The translations under genes and the position numbers were made by a program. Shown here piece after piece: positions 27,668-32,000 of a stretch of 32,000 nt of DNA; within the stretch, counting starts at the first letter, position 1, and the number at the start of each line of letters is the position of its first letter. Origin of the DNA: Telmatocola sphagniphila (GTDB lineage Bacteria > Planctomycetota > Planctomycetia > Gemmatales > Gemmataceae). The stretch is taken from NCBI RefSeq assembly GCF_018398935.1, contig NZ_CP074694.1, positions 3,660,001 to 3,692,000 on the forward strand. Direction: 5' to 3'. The notes below the pieces were generated by a model. It did not search any database, was not told the origin of the DNA, and worked only from the letters and a program-made list of their open reading frames with translations.

Positions 27668-30600
27668 ATGTCAAATCGAAATCTTTTCGACCGCGAAGAG
27701 CATGCTTTGCGGGAACTGGTCACTGGCATTGCGGAACGTTCCGCCGCGGAAAGTGAACTCAATGCGACTTTCGAAAGCGTCAGCGCCACGGCCAACAAAG
27801 AGTTCACCCGCGAAAAGAAAAAAATTCAGTCGCACCGGGAACAGGAAATCGAGCAACTGACTCAGACGCATACCACCCGGATGACCGAGTTGCAGGAGCA
27901 ACTCGCCACGAAGCTCGAAGATCTGGAGCGCGAAAAGAGCGACAGACTCTCGAAAATCGCCCAGCAGTGCAATACCGCAAAGGAAAAAGCCGAGACCGAA
28001 TACAAGGAAGCCTACTGGGCGGCCGACTCCATTCACGAGGCGGCCGAGACGGAAGCAAAAAGTGCCCGCACGGAACTGCATCGCAAAGTGGCCGGCGCTC
28101 GGGAACGCATCGATACGCTCTGGAAGCATTCCGATGAGATTTTCGGGCAGTGGAAAGTCTCCCGGGAGAGTCTGGCCGAGTTTGAAAAACAGGCCAAAAA
28201 ACCGACCGAATTTCCTCTCACTGCCCTCCGAGAATCTTTCGACAACGCCGACAAATCGCTCGATGCCATCGAGCATTCCCAACTGGTGAAATGGTCGCGC
28301 GGCCTTGGAGCTGGTGCCGTTTTTCTCCTGGTGGCTGGCCTCGGAGTCGGCTTGGGAGTGTCCCAGAACGATCTGAACACCTTTGGCATCGCCGGCGGAG
28401 TAGGCGGCCTCGTTCTGGGAATTGTCACTTTCCTTCTTCTGAAGGGAAAAGCCAAAAAATTCGTTGCCGTCAAGAGCCAGGCGTTCGCTTTGCACATGGG
28501 TGAGGCCGCGCTGGGAAGCGATGCCCTATACGAATTGAGTGAGAGCGATTTCAAGAAGGCCATTCGCACAGCCGAGGATGTTCGCAAGACCAGCAAAACC
28601 AAGGCGGATGACAAATTCAAACCGCATCTGGCGAAAATCGAAGAGAAGCGGGAATCGGAAAACAGCCGTACTGTCGAACGCCACGCCAAAGATCAGGAAT
28701 CGACTGAAACCACTTACACTCAGGCCATGGAGCAGGAAGAGGGATCGTTCAATCAGTCAATCAAGGACTGCAATGCCACCCACGATAAGCAGTTAGCGGA
28801 GGCCGAGGCCGCATTGCAAAAAAAGATCGCAACCGCCACCCGCGAAAAAGAAGCCTCCTGGAATGGCATGAATGACATCTGGCAAAAGCGGTTGAACATT
28901 CTCAAAGTGACTTATCAGCAAGTTCAGGAACTGAATAGCGAACGGTTCCTGCCCTGGTCGGCCGAGAACTGGCAGCAACCTCCCCTGCACAAAACCGTCC
29001 CGGCCGGGATTCGTATCGGGGAACTCAACGTCAACATTGCCGAGATTCCCGATGGGATTTCGCCTGATGACCGTCTGAAGCCCTCGATACCGACCGAAAC
29101 CACCTGGCCTTTCTATCTACCTTTTCCCGAGCGCGGGGCGCTGATTCTGAAGGCTCGCGAACAGGGCAAACAGCCAGCCATCGCGGCCTTGCAATCCTTA
29201 ATTCTGCGTTTCCTGACCTCGGTTCCGCCGGGCAAGGTTCGCTTGACCATCATGGACCCCGTCGGCCTCGGCGAGAACTTCGCCGCCTATATGAATCTGG
29301 CCGATTACGATGAAAATCTGATCGGTTCGCGGATTTGGACCGAACCGGGACAGATCGAAAAACGCCTGGCGGATTTAACCAGTCACATGGAAAATGTGAT
29401 TCAAAAATATCTTCGCAATCAGTACAAATCGATTGAAGAATACAACGCCCAGGCCGGGGAAGTGGCCGAGCCGTTCCGGGTGCTGGTGGTTGCCAATTTC
29501 CCGACCAATTTCAATCTGGATGCCGCAAAACGACTAGTTAGCATTGCCACCAGTGGGGCCAGCTGCGGTATCTATACTTTGGTTTCCGTGGATAGCAAAG
29601 CCCCCATGCCGCAGGGCTTTCAGCTGGCCGATCTGGAGAATGCCGGCATCATCCTCGAATACGACAGTGGACGATTCAACTGGAAAGATCCGGTGCTGAA
29701 GCGCTTCCCGTTGACCACCGAAACGCCACCGGTGCAGGAAGAATTGACTCGCCTTGTGAAATGGGTGGGTGAGCGCAGCCGGGATGCCAACCGCGTGGAA
29801 GTGCCTTTCGAATTCGTGGCGCCCAAGCCCGAAGAAGTCTGGCAGAGCAATTCCGCCAAGAGCATCAAGGTTCCCATCGGCCGGGCGGGGGCTACCAAAC
29901 GGCAGTTCATGGAACTGGGTCTGGGCACCGCACAACATGCCCTGGTCGCTGGGAAAACCGGCTCCGGGAAATCGACTTTGATGCATGCTTTGATCACGAA
30001 TCTGGCTCTTTGCTACGATCCGGATCAAGTCGAGTTGTATTTGATCGACTTCAAGAAAGGCGTCGAATTCAAAGTTTATGCCACCGAAGGGCTGCCGCAC
30101 GCCCGAGTTGTGGCTGTGGAGAGCGAACGAGAGTTCGGCCTCAGCGTGTTACAGCGATTGGACGCGATCCTCCGCGAGCGCGGGGAACAGTACCGCGAAG
30201 CGGGCTGTAACGACCTGGCCGGTTTCCGGGAAGCTCGGCCCGATTTGCCCTCACCGCGAATTATGCTGATCGTCGATGAGTTTCAGGAATTTTTCGTCGA
30301 AGACGACAAGATTTCGCAGGAAGTCGCCCTGCTCCTGGATCGTCTGGTTCGTCAGGGTCGTGCCTTCGGTTTGCATGTCCTAATGGGATCGCAAACGCTC
30401 GGCGGGGCTTTCTCTCTGGCCCGCAGCACGATCGATCAGATGGCGGTGCGTATCGCCCTTCAATGTTCGGAAGCCGATGCTCAGTTGATTCTCAGCAAGG
30501 ACAACGTCGCCGCTCGACTTCTCTCGCGACCAGGGGAAGCCATTTACAACGATCAGAACGGTCTGGTCGAAGGGAACGATCCCTTCCAGGTCGTCTGGCT

Positions 30601-31582
30601 ACCCGAAGAGAAACGAGAAAATTATCTTCACGAAATGCGCCAGCGGGCCGGTACGAAGCATACCCGCGAACCGCTGGTATTCGAAGGCTCGGCCTCGGCG
30701 GAAGTGCAGAAGAATGAAAAGCTGGCGAACCTAATTGCCGCAAGAAGCTACCCCGAAAAAGTGCGAGCAACGTACGGCTGGCTGGGAGAAGCCATCGCCA
30801 TCAAAGACCCGACGGCGGCCGTGTTCCGTAATCAGGGCGGCGCCAATCTGATGATTCTGGGGCAGAATGAGGAAAATTCGTTCTCGATCGCTGGTTCGGT
30901 GCTGGTCAGTCTGGCTTTGCAGCACTCACCAGATAAACTTCGGGTCGACATTCTGGATAGCACTCAGGAAGACGATCCCCGGCATGGCCGGATGGAGAAG
31001 ATGACCAAGCAATTGCCTCATTCGATTAAGTTCGGCGATGTGAATGCGATTGGGCCCATCTTCCAGGAATATGCCAGCGAGGTCAGCAAACGTCAGAAAG
31101 GGGAATCGGAAAAGACACCGATGTTCCTGTACATTCAGGGTCTGCAGCGATTCCGAGATTTGCGTAAATCGGACGATGATTTCGGCTTTGGCCGCCGTGG
31201 AGCGGACAAGCAGGCCAGCCCGGCCGAGAATTTTGCCACCATCCTGCGGGAAGGTCCGCCTATGGGCGTTCACGTGATTTTCTGGTGCGATTCGCTGACG
31301 AACCTGAACCGTTCGATCGACCGCCAGGGAATGCGCGAGCTCGGCATGCGTGTGCTATTCCAGATGAGCCAGAACGATTCCAGTGCGTTAATCGACAGCC
31401 CAGCCGCTTCCCGGCTGGGTCGATATCGCGGCCTGTTCGTTTCGGAAGACCTGACCTTCCCTGAAAAGTTCCGGCCTTATAACTTCCCGAGCGACGAATG
31501 GCTATCGGGTATCAGTAAGAGTTTGAGCGAAAGAGTGGCCGAGATCCCCCAAAGCGATGCGACGCTCTCGCCGGTGGGGTGA
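27668..31582 (+). CDS. Membrane-anchored FtsK/SpoIIIE-family ATPase, EssC/EccC-like (three tandem P-loop modules, one catalytic)
   Basis: Canonical Walker A GKTGSGKST (29951-29977), Walker B IMLIVDE (30260-30280) and the FtsK-family block MAVRIALQCSEADAQLIL. A TM hairpin lies at about 28301-28360 and 28382-28441. Flanking modules have degenerate P-loops (AREQGKQPA / VLVVANF and GQNEENSF / LYIQGLQ). Start is either ATG 27668 or the track's TTG 27626. Confidence 0.9.
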   Translation: MSNRNLFDREEHALRELVTGIAERSAAESELNATFESVSATANKEFTREKKKIQSHREQEIEQLTQTHTTRMTELQEQLATKLEDLEREKSDRLSKIAQQCNTAKEKAETEYKEAYWAADSIHEAAETEAKSARTELHRKVAGARERIDTLWKHSDEIFGQWKVSRESLAEFEKQAKKPTEFPLTALRESFDNADKSLDAIEHSQLVKWSRGLGAGAVFLLVAGLGVGLGVSQNDLNTFGIAGGVGGLVLGIVTFLLLKGKAKKFVAVKSQAFALHMGEAALGSDALYELSESDFKKAIRTAEDVRKTSKTKADDKFKPHLAKIEEKRESENSRTVERHAKDQESTETTYTQAMEQEEGSFNQSIKDCNATHDKQLAEAEAALQKKIATATREKEASWNGMNDIWQKRLNILKVTYQQVQELNSERFLPWSAENWQQPPLHKTVPAGIRIGELNVNIAEIPDGISPDDRLKPSIPTETTWPFYLPFPERGALILKAREQGKQPAIAALQSLILRFLTSVPPGKVRLTIMDPVGLGENFAAYMNLADYDENLIGSRIWTEPGQIEKRLADLTSHMENVIQKYLRNQYKSIEEYNAQAGEVAEPFRVLVVANFPTNFNLDAAKRLVSIATSGASCGIYTLVSVDSKAPMPQGFQLADLENAGIILEYDSGRFNWKDPVLKRFPLTTETPPVQEELTRLVKWVGERSRDANRVEVPFEFVAPKPEEVWQSNSAKSIKVPIGRAGATKRQFMELGLGTAQHALVAGKTGSGKSTLMHALITNLALCYDPDQVELYLIDFKKGVEFKVYATEGLPHARVVAVESEREFGLSVLQRLDAILRERGEQYREAGCNDLAGFREARPDLPSPRIMLIVDEFQEFFVEDDKISQEVALLLDRLVRQGRAFGLHVLMGSQTLGGAFSLARSTIDQMAVRIALQCSEADAQLILSKDNVAARLLSRPGEAIYNDQNGLVEGNDPFQVVWLPEEKRENYLHEMRQRAGTKHTREPLVFEGSASAEVQKNEKLANLIAARSYPEKVRATYGWLGEAIAIKDPTAAVFRNQGGANLMILGQNEENSFSIAGSVLVSLALQHSPDKLRVDILDSTQEDDPRHGRMEKMTKQLPHSIKFGDVNAIGPIFQEYASEVSKRQKGESEKTPMFLYIQGLQRFRDLRKSDDDFGFGRRGADKQASPAENFATILREGPPMGVHVIFWCDSLTNLNRSIDRQGMRELGMRVLFQMSQNDSSALIDSPAASRLGRYRGLFVSEDLTFPEKFRPYNFPSDEWLSGISKSLSERVAEIPQSDATLSPVG

Positions 31583-31610
31583 GGCTATCGTATTTCGGTT
31601 GACCCGAAAC

Positions 31611-31661
31611 GTTCCTTAGCCCAAAATGTTCGTTAGCTCAAAATGTTCGTTAGCCCGACAC
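31611..31661. repeat. Three tandem 17-bp direct repeats (GTTC[CG]TTAGC[CT]C[AG]A[AC]A[TC]) leading into the 113-bp array
   Basis: GTTCCTTAGCCCAAAAT (31611-31627), GTTCGTTAGCTCAAAAT (31628-31644) and GTTCGTTAGCCCGACAC (31645-31661). The third copy is the 5' end of the first 113-bp unit. Confidence 0.8.
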
Positions 31662-32000
31662 GTAAGTGAGGGCAACAATATACGACTCCACAGCCATTCA
31701 CGGAATACAGCGGGCGATTGTTTTGAAACGGGACTTTTTCCCGTCTTAATTTCCGGTTCCGGTTAGCCCGACACGTAAGTGAGGGCAATAATATACGACT
31801 CCACAGCCATTCACGGAATATAGCGGGCGATTGTTTTGAAACGGGACTTTTTCCCGTCTTAATTTCCGGTTCCGGTTAGCCCGACACGTAAGTGAGGGCA
31901 ACAATTTACGACTCCGAAGCCATTCTCTGAATATAGCGGGTGATTGTTTTGCAACGGGACTTTTTCCCGTCTTAATTTCCGGTTCCGGTTAGCCCGACAC
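31649..32000. repeat. 113-bp tandem repeat, 3 full copies plus the start of a fourth; truncated by the window end
   Basis: Units start at 31649, 31762, 31875 and 31988 with an exact 113-nt period. Copy 2 differs from copy 1 at 2 positions and copy 3 at about 8, with no indels. Each unit has a hairpin ACGGGA-CTTTT-TCCCGT (e.g. 31728-31744). No ORF of 60 aa or more is present, and 113 is not a multiple of 3. Confidence 0.95.

Noticed and set aside
27671-28689. Antisense ORFs of 274 aa and 218 aa opposite the 5' part of the ATPase gene
   Set aside because: Antisense reading of a Glu/Lys/Ala-rich coiled-coil region naturally lacks stop codons. The products are Phe/Leu/Arg/Ser-rich low complexity.
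27626-31582. Calling the large ATPase a bona fide chromosome-segregation FtsK
   Set aside because: It has a 2-TM hairpin after a long coiled coil rather than the 4-5 N-terminal TMs of FtsK. It has several tandem P-loop-like modules, and I could recognise no C-terminal gamma (KOPS-binding winged-helix) sequence. It is operonic with three WXG100-like genes. This cannot be fully excluded without phylogeny.
31649-32000. CRISPR array interpretation of the terminal repeats
   Set aside because: The entire 113-bp unit is repeated with only point substitutions. There are no unique spacers between short (28-37 bp) repeats, and no cas genes are visible nearby.

Overview
The window looks like a chromosomal segment from a Planctomycetota-type genome. 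This is an inference from gene content: a Tat-leader DUF1501 protein, a Tat-leader Gfo/Idh/MocA oxidoreductase, a MoxR ATPase, a DUF4214 protein with an 'LEDR' N-terminal leader, and a fused MFS/spermidine-synthase. About 27 protein-coding genes are supported. No rRNA, tRNA, CRISPR array, transposase or integrase was recognised. From 1 to about 26.4 kb the content is housekeeping or ordinary accessory genes: lysS 3' end, lolE/lolD-like ABC pair, ilvE, a CPA2 K+/H+ antiporter with a TrkA-N domain, a TetR-controlled amidohydrolase/AhpD-like module with two copies of one operator-like box, a putative outer-membrane barrel protein, an ECF-like sigma factor, an FAD oxidoreductase plus PhnX-like hydrolase pair, an alpha/beta hydrolase, and a deoxyhypusine-synthase-like gene convergent with the fused MFS/spermidine synthase. 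The stand-out is 26553-31582. It is a compact same-strand operon of three small all-helical proteins followed by a 1300-aa membrane-anchored FtsK/SpoIIIE ATPase. Each small protein carries a W-x-[D/E]-x5-[F/W] motif where WXG100/ESAT-6 proteins carry W-x-G-x5-F. The ATPase has one canonical and two degenerate P-loop modules. This is a minimal type VII secretion-like (WXG100 + EssC/EccC-like) locus in what appears to be a diderm planctomycete. Directly downstream, a 113-bp tandem repeat (at least 3 copies, each with a hairpin) runs off the window end. All family calls rest on motif recognition by eye; no database search was run.
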